DNA of 64,000 bases, taken from positions 41,666-105,665 of the forward strand of contig JAZRZM010000009.1 in the NCBI GenBank assembly GCA_045601385.1, written 5' to 3'. Both the position numbers and the translations under genes were made by a program. The stretch comes from Clostridia bacterium. Lineage in GTDB: Bacteria; Bacillota; Clostridia; Christensenellales; DTU072. The first letter of the stretch is position 1; each line of letters starts with the position of its first letter. The notes beneath the pieces are model-generated. The model saw nothing but the letters and a program-made list of their open reading frames with translations. It was not told where the DNA came from and ran no database searches. Shown here one piece after another: positions 9,501 through 16,407 of the stretch.

Positions 9501-10194
9501 TGTCGATAAAGATAAAACGGACAAGTACTGCCTCGGCATGCTCTTTGCGCCCGAAAAACTGACGCCGAACACGCTGTATACAAAAATAACCGTGCTCGAA
9601 CGCGCCGGTTGGAAACTCGTCCCCGTTTCGCCGGTACAATTTATCGGGGAAAGAAAAGAAATCATCCGGAACGCGGAGCAGTATGTTCTACGTGAAACAC
9701 TGCCGTTCTGCGGACAGGATGAAAAAGAAACTTATCTGGTCGAGACCTGCCCGACGAGCCCGATTTTGCCCGCCGAGGTGATGTGTGAAAAAAGCATCCT
9801 GTGCGAAGAGGAACAATTGCCCGAAAAGAAAGCGTTTGGTTACGAAGACGTCCTTTCGATCGACTTTGAAAGGGCGTACCGAAAGGTTATTCCCGATTCG
9901 ATTCTTTTGGCGGACGATTCCGTCCTGATGAACTATGTGAAAAACAATAACCCGGAAGCGACGCTTGTTTTTTTGACGCGCCGACTGCCGAAACTGCTCT
10001 GCGACGACTTTTATCCGCAGATCGTGCAAAGGGTGACGGGTTTGTATCGTCAAGGTTTGAAAGCGGCGGGGTATCTTCTGGCGCAACTTCTTCGCGTGCG
10101 GGAAGACGACAACGGAAACGCCGACGTGATTGAAAAACTGTTGAACGAGGCGGCGGAAACGGGCGTCGGGGAAACGGAGGGAAAAAATGATTAA
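6532..10194 (+). CDS. superfamily-1 (Upf1/DNA2-like, AAA_11/AAA_12-type) helicase, 1220 aa, with N-terminal DUF4011-like region and C-terminal REase-like remnant
   Basis: Walker A NAPAGTGKSQT (7516-7539). Walker B MIDEASQV (8512-8535). FGDAMQL (motif III). IETAQGKEADVVLIS (motif V). NKLNVLFTRAREK (motif VI). RBS AAGGAAGG lies upstream of the ATG. The 3' end overlaps the kinase gene by 8 nt. Confidence 0.88.
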   Translation: METTKEFLKQHVEKSRRQLRSKDFIQLSKNSLSLTGKSLPSFLSSLAGRGKKVFELVVPDEGKTGKRLCGDMVTAADVFRTSENIVWDGADIRFLTKDGIAVSGYQYDYIAQNGLEENQIFAKSNRPETDVPTVWKNIVRRADDARKDKIKEILYITVGSIEWTTKEGKKAISPLFACSVREEKNNGERLRFRVTGDCFRINGIAGRAIKEQTGIDVFEGVSPEVGFGALLEESEKIKAKASRIANIRFRDDDINVCILDSANETVCQAVEKMADELAASEMVRVLSGERPNPFYDDTGIEGIYPLLADDSQRDVIRKAIAGCSVNVNAPAGTGKSQTMVNIAANMAVMGKSACVMSEKAAANEVFLKYAASIGLDTYCLSIENTMTVSDIVSQIIRIVNAPRYYVNATAARETLADKLDVDRELDEFGNGVYREVPELGCSVYDLIGEAIAFPPPENLDSIRASGENYSLVKSKIRNFRDGVMRYTPEKDFFRYVKDGTSGQEEVDEMLRQAVEELLGIGVDPIAFARDNKIEDRICERLSAAVAFSLASVYMKNRKLNRYGNILLCSLYSRLVSVYDRMTALYRAFMLQEISARVAHSVRGNPFVALLDKLKTNQHIRPIDLFEQYGKEILRLCPIIVSTPGIAVNYILNSMNTFDVLMIDEASQVPVTGVLPFLAGKKQLITFGDAMQLGVSDYFAQSDTDGRDEEGTFDIDKTDKSILHVVSGKLSTCNLLFHFRSKCYSLLVVSNETCYDGILNLIPDVYTDKDNLPDYLGYELCVSDDDSATNNAGINHVEAEAIAKRVCKIKDETPEKTIGIIAFNEKQQNHILDLLETRHTEGLLCCDLNRDDEIWIRSIETAQGKEADVVLISIGHTARRADGKIRQAISDIHKPGGVNKLNVLFTRAREKNIVFLSFDYKDLRFSDNQGLARLYRYLNYADTGETDERSEKKKRTDDKLNENWEKILESSEVYTPKAKVGNNVLLVDMALVDKDKTDKYCLGMLFAPEKLTPNTLYTKITVLERAGWKLVPVSPVQFIGERKEIIRNAEQYVLRETLPFCGQDEKETYLVETCPTSPILPAEVMCEKSILCEEEQLPEKKAFGYEDVLSIDFERAYRKVIPDSILLADDSVLMNYVKNNNPEATLVFLTRRLPKLLCDDFYPQIVQRVTGLYRQGLKAAGYLLAQLLRVREDDNGNADVIEKLLNEAAETGVGETEGKND

Positions 10195-11479
10195 GAAAGG
10201 CACAACGGTACAATCGCTTGATAAAAAGCACGAATATGTCGTCGATTCCGTTATCAGTGCGGGAACGGCGCAGGGCGACATATACAAAGTCTTCTGCGGC
10301 GAAGACGCGTACGCGATGAAAATTTTTCACAACGGGGAAAAGAAAAAACTGCTTAAACAATTCGATTTATTGATCGGACGGGGCAAAATCTGCCCGGCGT
10401 ACGTCTATCCGAAAGAGATTGTGGAGGCGGAGGGAAAAGTCGGATACGTAATGGAATACGTGGACGGCGAAGCGTTCGTCAATTCCGCGGCGCTGTATAA
10501 CGGCGTCAAGCAAAAGGGCAGAAACGTCGAACTGCCGTTTGAGAAAAAACTGACGATATTATATAATATCGTGGACGCTTTCCGTCAACTGTACGAAGCC
10601 GATCTGTGCGTGGCGGATATAAAATTCGACAATATAAAAGTAAACCTTGCCACGGGAGATATTAAAATTCTGGACGTGGACACCATTGTGTACAAAGGTT
10701 CGAAAACTTTTGTCAGCGGCACGTTCGGCTTTATGCCGCCGCTTACGATGACGGGCAAGGAGACGCCGTCGAAATACAACGACTCGTATGCGCTCGCCGT
10801 CATCATTTTTATGACGCTTCTCGGTTCTCATCCGCTTATCGGGCGGCAGGCGGAAATAAACGGGAACGCAACGAACGAGTATCTTCTCGGCGAACACCCC
10901 GTTTATATATTCCATCCGTCGGACAGCACGAACCGTCCCGTCGGCGCGAACGAATACGGACAAAACCAGCAAAGAGCCATCGACCGTATGAAAAAATATC
11001 CGCCTTATTTCGGAAAGGCGATGGAAAGGACCTTTGTCGACGGCTTGTTCGAGAAAGAAAAAAGGACGACGCCGCGCGAGTGGGGAGAGATCATCGAAAA
11101 ACTCTACGAAGACAGTTTTATCTGTCTTAACTGCGGCGAAGAAGTCTTCTTTTCGAGCGGTCGGAAGAGGTGCGACGTATGCGGCGCGGAGATTGTCATG
11201 CCCGTTTGTTTGCGCTGCGAAAGCCATACCGTGCCGCTGTATAACGGCGGTATCGTCCGTTCAAAAGCGATTTTCGGCGGCGACGCGGACGAAGAGGTGT
11301 TCCGCGTAAAAGTTTCGCCGTACGACGGAAAATACGGCTTGTTGAACTGTTCGCCGGACGTATGCATGTTAAAACTGAAAACGATGAGTAAAGAATTCGG
11401 GCAAGGGGAAATCATACCGATTTTTCTCGACGGAACCATCTTGATGGGGAAACACGAAATAAAATTTTTGGGGGAATAA
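10187..11479 (+). CDS. Ser/Thr protein kinase-like protein with C-terminal zinc ribbon and beta-rich tail
   Basis: Kinase subdomains YAMKIF (VAIK Lys), MEYVDG hinge, catalytic loop VADIKFDN, ILDVD (DFG position), GTFGFMPP, SYALAVIIFMTLLGSHP. This is followed by CLNC-x12-CDVC-x8-CLRC (11123-11218). Confidence 0.85.
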   Translation: MIKKGTTVQSLDKKHEYVVDSVISAGTAQGDIYKVFCGEDAYAMKIFHNGEKKKLLKQFDLLIGRGKICPAYVYPKEIVEAEGKVGYVMEYVDGEAFVNSAALYNGVKQKGRNVELPFEKKLTILYNIVDAFRQLYEADLCVADIKFDNIKVNLATGDIKILDVDTIVYKGSKTFVSGTFGFMPPLTMTGKETPSKYNDSYALAVIIFMTLLGSHPLIGRQAEINGNATNEYLLGEHPVYIFHPSDSTNRPVGANEYGQNQQRAIDRMKKYPPYFGKAMERTFVDGLFEKEKRTTPREWGEIIEKLYEDSFICLNCGEEVFFSSGRKRCDVCGAEIVMPVCLRCESHTVPLYNGGIVRSKAIFGGDADEEVFRVKVSPYDGKYGLLNCSPDVCMLKLKTMSKEFGQGEIIPIFLDGTILMGKHEIKFLGE

Positions 11480-11482
11480 ACT

Positions 11483-12484
11483 ATGAAAGAATTTTTACCG
11501 CACGGCATCGCGCTGAATCCCGTTGAAAGGGAAATCGCAAACGACAAAAAACCGTTGTATCTTATCGAAATTCTGGATACGTCGTCGAGCATGAACGAGT
11601 GTTCGGAAATCGTGACGGAAACGGGAGAAAAAAAGAAAATCAGCAAGATAGAACAATTGAACCAAGGTATAAAAAAGGTTTTGCAGAGCCTGAAAAAGTT
11701 TGAGGACGAAAACGTCATGTACAAAGTTTACTTGCAGATTATCGAACTGAATTCTTACGGAAAGGCGCTGTTTCCCGAATTTGTACCGATCGCAAGGAAC
11801 GTGGAAGAAATCCGTTTTGAGGCGTACGGCTGTACCTGTCTGGAAAACTCCGTCAACACGTTGAAAAGATACATAAATCGCAAGTATATGCCCGGCTACA
11901 ACAGAGCCGTCAGCGTTATTCTGATGAGCGACGGACACCCGACGGACGGAAACGGATTCGAAACGACCAGGGCGGCGTACGAGACAATTATTGACGAGTG
12001 GAACGAGCATTTGACAAAGTCGGACTATAAACGCAACGTGGAGACGTACGCGATAGCCGTAGGCGACAATGCGGATGAAGAGATGCTGCGCTATTTTGCG
12101 GGGGACGAAAGTCACTTTTTCCGCGTCGAAGAAAGCGAGTCGCTCGCCGACAAACTCGATTTTGCGACGCGTATGTCGCTCGCGCACCATACGACGATGA
12201 ATCCGGAAACGGAGGAAGAAAACGACGACGAATGGTTTGGGGGTGACGCGGACGAATGTGAAGAAAACGGCACGGAATACGAAATCGATATTCTGAAATG
12301 CTTAAAAGGCGACTGCCGTCAATGTAAAGAAACGTGCGAAATGGGGGCGATAACGGTAGAAAACGGCATTCCGTCCGTTGACGCCGACTTTTGCAACGGA
12401 TGCGGAAAATGCGCGTCGGTGTGCCCGACGGGCGCGATCGGGCCGAAGTCCGATTCCGATATCGACGGTATTTTGGGGTGGTAA
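11483..12484 (+). CDS. von Willebrand factor A (TerY-like) protein fused to a 4Fe-4S ferredoxin-type domain
   Basis: MIDAS residues DTSSS (11576-11590), MSDGHPTDG, AVGDNAD. Acidic linker. C-terminal CRQCKETC ... CNGCGKCASVCPTGAI (12392 onward). Starts 3 nt after the kinase stop. Confidence 0.85.
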   Translation: MKEFLPHGIALNPVEREIANDKKPLYLIEILDTSSSMNECSEIVTETGEKKKISKIEQLNQGIKKVLQSLKKFEDENVMYKVYLQIIELNSYGKALFPEFVPIARNVEEIRFEAYGCTCLENSVNTLKRYINRKYMPGYNRAVSVILMSDGHPTDGNGFETTRAAYETIIDEWNEHLTKSDYKRNVETYAIAVGDNADEEMLRYFAGDESHFFRVEESESLADKLDFATRMSLAHHTTMNPETEEENDDEWFGGDADECEENGTEYEIDILKCLKGDCRQCKETCEMGAITVENGIPSVDADFCNGCGKCASVCPTGAIGPKSDSDIDGILGW

Positions 12485-13422
12485 TGAAAACGGTCGGCAG
12501 AGTGACGGTCGGATACGGAAAGAGGCTTGCGGGCAAGGTTTGCGAGGACGCGAAAGGTATTTTTCGGTATGCCGATTATACGGTGCTTGTCGTGGCGGAC
12601 GGGCACGGGGATAAAAAATGCCGTTTCGCGTCCGTCGGATCGGTCCTTGCCGCGCAAGCCGTAAAAAGCGCGCTGAACTTGCTGAAAAAAGAATGTCCGC
12701 ATTCCGACCGTATTTGTACGTTTTTGAATGAAAACCGCGAAAAACTGTTCCATACCGTCGTTATTTGTTGGATAAAAGCGGTTTTGGAAGACTATATCGC
12801 GCGAACGGCGGATAAACGGTTTGAAGCGGAAAAAGAGAGACTTTTTTCCTATCTCGATCATGCGTTTTCGCCGCGAAAAGGATGTTTTTCGCCCGACGAA
12901 ATACGACAAATCGCCGAGGAAAGAAAAAGGTGCGAGGACGGAATATACGCCGTGACGGTTTTGTACGGCACGACCTTAAAAGCCGCCGTCGTGAGCGACG
13001 AAGCGGTTTTTTGCTTCGGCATAGGCGACGGAGACGTCGTTGCCGTCGGCGAGGAAAAAGTCGAGTGGTGTTTGCCGAGGAGCGAACAGTTTTCGACGGA
13101 GACGAGATCGCTTTGCTGTCGGTTTGAAAATGTGGACCGCTTTTTTTCGGCGCGCCTTATGCGACGCATAAACAAGTCGGCGCAAAAGGATTTTACCGAG
13201 GAGACGTTTGATTTTCGTATGCTTTTTGTTTCGACGGACGGACTGCGGAATTCCTTTTCCGACGACGAAAGTTTTTGTCGGAAACTGCGCGAAATCGCCG
13301 ACGTATGCGGGAAAAAGGGGGTTGAATATTTTTCCAAAAAATCGCAAAGGTGGATTGAAAATCTGACGAAAAACAGCGTTTTTCGGGACGATATCGCTTT
13401 CGTATGCGCAATGAACGAATAA
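12484..13422 (+). CDS. PP2C-family Ser/Thr protein phosphatase
   Basis: PP2C metal-binding blocks VVADGHGD, GTTL...GIGDGDVV, VSTDGLRNSF, RDDIAFVCA. Start chosen at the ATG overlapping the vWA stop (TAATG at 12482-12486). The upstream part of the ORF-track frame (12391-12483) lies inside the vWA gene. Confidence 0.85.
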   Translation: MKTVGRVTVGYGKRLAGKVCEDAKGIFRYADYTVLVVADGHGDKKCRFASVGSVLAAQAVKSALNLLKKECPHSDRICTFLNENREKLFHTVVICWIKAVLEDYIARTADKRFEAEKERLFSYLDHAFSPRKGCFSPDEIRQIAEERKRCEDGIYAVTVLYGTTLKAAVVSDEAVFCFGIGDGDVVAVGEEKVEWCLPRSEQFSTETRSLCCRFENVDRFFSARLMRRINKSAQKDFTEETFDFRMLFVSTDGLRNSFSDDESFCRKLREIADVCGKKGVEYFSKKSQRWIENLTKNSVFRDDIAFVCAMNE

Positions 13423-13437
13423 AAAAGCGTTTTGCCC

Positions 13438-13466
13438 TTTTCAAAAAGGACTTTTTATGGTAAAAT
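13438..13466 (+). promoter_or_regulatory. putative promoter for the PEP carboxykinase gene
   Basis: TTTTCA, 17-nt spacer, TAAAAT (13461-13466), with TGG extended -10. Followed by an AAGGAGG RBS and the ATG at 13498. Confidence 0.45.
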
Positions 13467-13497
13467 GAAAAAAGGTTTTTCAAATAAGGAGGAAATC

Positions 13498-15279
13498 ATG
13501 ACGGATAATCAATACGTACTTTCTTTTGTGGAGAAGTATCGGCAGTTGTTTTGCCCGGACGAAGTCGTTTGGGTGAGCGACGATAAAGAACAACATAAAC
13601 TTCTCGTCAGCGACGCGATCGCTTTGGGCGAGGTGCAAAAACTGAGCAACACGATGTATCCGGGGTGTCTGTACCACCGTACCGATCCGAACGACGTGGC
13701 GCGCGTAGAGGACAGAACCTTTATTTGCACGAGAAACGAAGAAGACGCCGGACCGACCAATCACTGGATGGATCCGCGCGAAGCGTATCGGAAACTCGAC
13801 GCGATCGCCGACGGAGCGATGAAAGGAAGAACGATGTACGTTATTCCTTTTTCGATGGGAAAAATCGGCTCGCCGTTCGCAAAGTACGGTATCGAACTGA
13901 CCGACAGCCTGTACGTCGTACTCAATATGAAAATCATGACGCGCGTGTCGGAAAAAGTGTACGATATGCTGGAAGGGACGGATAATTTCGTCAAAGGGAT
14001 ACATAGCAAAGTGACCTTGAACGCCGAGGACAGATATATCTGCCAATTCCCCGAGGACAATACGATTTATTCTCTCAACAGCGGATACGGCGGCAACGTG
14101 CTTTTGGGTAAAAAGTGCTTTGCTTTGCGTATCGCGTCCTATCAGGGGTGGAAAGAAGGCTGGATGGCGGAACACATGCTGATACTCGGCGTGCAAAGAC
14201 CGGACGGCGACGTGAAATATATCTGCGCGGCTTTCCCGAGCGCATGCGGCAAAACCAACCTCGCCATGCTGATTCCGCCCAAAGTCTACGCCGATCAAGG
14301 GTACAAAGTGTGGACGGTCGGCGACGATATCGCCTGGATACGCAAGCGCGGCGGCAAATTCTATGCCGTCAACCCCGAAAACGGCTTTTTCGGCGTGGCG
14401 CCGGGAACGAACGCCGATTCCAACCCGAACGCACTTGCCACGACCAAGCGGAATACGATTTTTACCAACGTCGTTCTGGACTTGAAACGCAAAACGGTAT
14501 GGTGGGAAGGAATGAAGATCCCCGCGCCCGAAAAAGCGGAAGACTGGAAAGGAAACCGCTGGTACGAGGGTATGACGGACGAGAACGGACAGATTATTAA
14601 AGGCGCGCACCCGAACAGTCGGTTCACTGCCCCCGCCAAGAACTGCCCGTGTTTAAGCGACCAATTCGACGCGACGCGCGGCGTACCGATCAGCGCGATC
14701 ATTTTCGGCGGCAGACGCGCGAAAGCGGCTCCGCTCGTTTACGAAGCGCGCGACTGGGACCACGGCGTGTTTATCGGTTCGGTCATGGCGAGCGAAACGA
14801 CCGCCGCCGCTACGGGTAAAGTGGGCGTCGTACGTCACGATCCGATGGCGATGCTGCCTTTCTGCGGTTATAATATGAGCGACTATTTCCAACACTGGCT
14901 CGATATGGGCTTCCGTATGAAAAACGCGCCGAAAATCTTTAACGTCAACTGGTTCCGCACCGACGAGAACGGAAAATTCATTTGGCCCGGATACGGCGAC
15001 AACCTGCGCGTGCTCGACTGGATTCTGCGCCGTTGCGAACGCACGGTGGACGCGGTGGAGACGCCGATCGGTTTCTTGCCGAAGCCCGAAGACATCAATC
15101 TCGAAGGGACGGACGTCACGCGCAAAGCGCTCGCTTCGATTTTGGACGTCGATAAAAAAACATGGCTTGACGAGGCGAAAGATATCGAAGAATTTTATAA
15201 GAAATTCGGCGATAAACTGCCCGAAAAACTGGCAAAACAACTGCGTATTCTCAAACGCAACCTGCGCGAATCGGAATAA
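13498..15279 (+). CDS. pckG: phosphoenolpyruvate carboxykinase (GTP)
   Basis: GTP-PEPCK kinase-1a loop FPSACGKTNLAML, plus GDDIAW, NPENGFFGVAPGT, FGGRR, NWFR. Start set at the ATG 7 nt after AAGGAGG (the ORF-track start 13432 has no RBS). Confidence 0.95.
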   Translation: MTDNQYVLSFVEKYRQLFCPDEVVWVSDDKEQHKLLVSDAIALGEVQKLSNTMYPGCLYHRTDPNDVARVEDRTFICTRNEEDAGPTNHWMDPREAYRKLDAIADGAMKGRTMYVIPFSMGKIGSPFAKYGIELTDSLYVVLNMKIMTRVSEKVYDMLEGTDNFVKGIHSKVTLNAEDRYICQFPEDNTIYSLNSGYGGNVLLGKKCFALRIASYQGWKEGWMAEHMLILGVQRPDGDVKYICAAFPSACGKTNLAMLIPPKVYADQGYKVWTVGDDIAWIRKRGGKFYAVNPENGFFGVAPGTNADSNPNALATTKRNTIFTNVVLDLKRKTVWWEGMKIPAPEKAEDWKGNRWYEGMTDENGQIIKGAHPNSRFTAPAKNCPCLSDQFDATRGVPISAIIFGGRRAKAAPLVYEARDWDHGVFIGSVMASETTAAATGKVGVVRHDPMAMLPFCGYNMSDYFQHWLDMGFRMKNAPKIFNVNWFRTDENGKFIWPGYGDNLRVLDWILRRCERTVDAVETPIGFLPKPEDINLEGTDVTRKALASILDVDKKTWLDEAKDIEEFYKKFGDKLPEKLAKQLRILKRNLRESE

Positions 15280-15308
15280 TAAGGGCTGTTTGACGGAAAA
15301 AAAAGACG

Positions 15309-15347
15309 GACCGCCATCGGTAAAAAAACCGACGACGGTCTTTTTTT
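15309..15347 (+). terminator. rho-independent terminator after pckG
   Basis: Imperfect hairpin GGACCGCCATCGG / CCGACGACGGTC with an A-rich loop, followed by T7 (15341-15347). Confidence 0.6.
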
Positions 15348-15356
15348 ATATGATAC

Positions 15357-15385
15357 TTTACATTTTAATTGATTTAAGATATAAT
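15357..15385 (+). promoter_or_regulatory. sigma-70 promoter of the glycoside-processing cluster
   Basis: TTTACA (15357-15362), 17-nt spacer, TATAAT (15380-15385). Sits 30 nt upstream of the ATG at 15415. Confidence 0.55.
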
Positions 15386-15414
15386 TATTATAAATTTTAT
15401 AATAAGGGTAGTAT

Positions 15415-16374
15415 ATGGCAAAAATCGACTTTGATTTTTTAAGGGACTATATCGCTTCTTTCTGCGACGAATACGAGTATCCGCAGGAAGCGAAAGAGAC
15501 TTTTTTGAACGCGTACGACGCTATCTGTGCCGATAAAGAACTTTCGGACGATTTTTTTAACGTGGTGCAAAAGTATGCCGACGGCAAAAAAATGATTCTT
15601 GCGTTGTATCTCTCGAAAGCGGGTAAAAAGACCGTTTGCGGCAGAATCGCGCAAAAACTCGGCATATCGGGATACACGATCGACTTTGTTCTCAGCCTTT
15701 GCTGGATTCCGTTTTTGGAAAAAAGATACGAAAAAAAAGGGATCGACAAGCAGGTTTTTCGCGACGGTATGATCGACTTTCGGTGCAAACTGTGGGAGTG
15801 TAAACGCGTGTACGACGTATGGGGCTCGTTTGTTGCCGATTGGTTTACCGGCTGGTTTTTGATGGCGCGGTTCGCATTCGGCAGATTGCAATATGAGCCG
15901 ATACCGTGCCTGTGGTTTTCGGGCAGCCTGCAAAGCGAGGACGGCTCGAAGAAGTTTATCCCGTATTTCAAAAAGTTTTTGAATATGCATATCCCGTCGA
16001 TGGGACCGCTTCGTCACGAAGACGTCGTCGAGTCGTACAAGCGGGCGTACGCGTTTTTCCGCAAGCGCGGGTACGGCAAAACGGTGGTTTTCCATACGAG
16101 CAGTTGGCTACTCAGTCCCGACCACGAAAAGATGTTCGACGAGGAGAGCAATATCGTCCGTTTTTTACGCGATTTCAGACGTTTTAACGTGCACGACGAA
16201 AAGAATAACGACGATTTTTGGCGGATATACAACAGACCGTACGACGCCGAAAAGCCCGATACTTCGGGCGAAAGCACGATGCAGGTCGGCTACGCGAAGA
16301 TTATCGGCGGCGGCGGACATATCAAGCACGCTTCGGGCGTGTTTGCTTATGACGGAACAAAGTTTTATAAATAA
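15415..16374 (+). CDS. conserved hypothetical protein, possibly N-acyltransferase-like (NAT_N/GNAT_C-type architecture; weak recall)
   Basis: 319-aa ORF with an AAGGG RBS. Full-length paralog of 32463-33428 (shared WG[ST]F, FGR[LI].YE, SW[LM]L.P.H, [FY]W.I[YF]NR). Function not established from sequence. Confidence 0.6.
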   Translation: MAKIDFDFLRDYIASFCDEYEYPQEAKETFLNAYDAICADKELSDDFFNVVQKYADGKKMILALYLSKAGKKTVCGRIAQKLGISGYTIDFVLSLCWIPFLEKRYEKKGIDKQVFRDGMIDFRCKLWECKRVYDVWGSFVADWFTGWFLMARFAFGRLQYEPIPCLWFSGSLQSEDGSKKFIPYFKKFLNMHIPSMGPLRHEDVVESYKRAYAFFRKRGYGKTVVFHTSSWLLSPDHEKMFDEESNIVRFLRDFRRFNVHDEKNNDDFWRIYNRPYDAEKPDTSGESTMQVGYAKIIGGGGHIKHASGVFAYDGTKFYK

Positions 16375-16407
16375 AATCGGATTTTTACGCAAGGAGTTTG
16401 AAAAAAA

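Noticed and set aside
12391-12483. Upstream start for the PP2C ORF, and similar 5' extensions of other ORFs (13432, 17451, 25351, 50777, 53335, 56648, 59242, 30901, 53341, 61512)
   Set aside because: The extensions overlap the preceding gene or promoter elements and lack an SD. Internal ATGs with AGGAGG-type SDs, or stop/start overlaps, give products that begin at family-typical N-termini.
13423-13460. Terminator after the PP2C gene (CCTTTT-ca-AAAAGG followed by T5)
   Set aside because: The stem is only about 5 A/T-rich base pairs and overlaps the predicted pckG promoter. That is too weak to call.
6458-13497. Mobile-element or genomic-island borders around the helicase-kinase-vWA-PP2C cassette
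   Set aside because: I could see no integrase, transposase, tRNA target, direct repeats or obvious compositional break at either junction. The island status is therefore unsupported (though not excluded).
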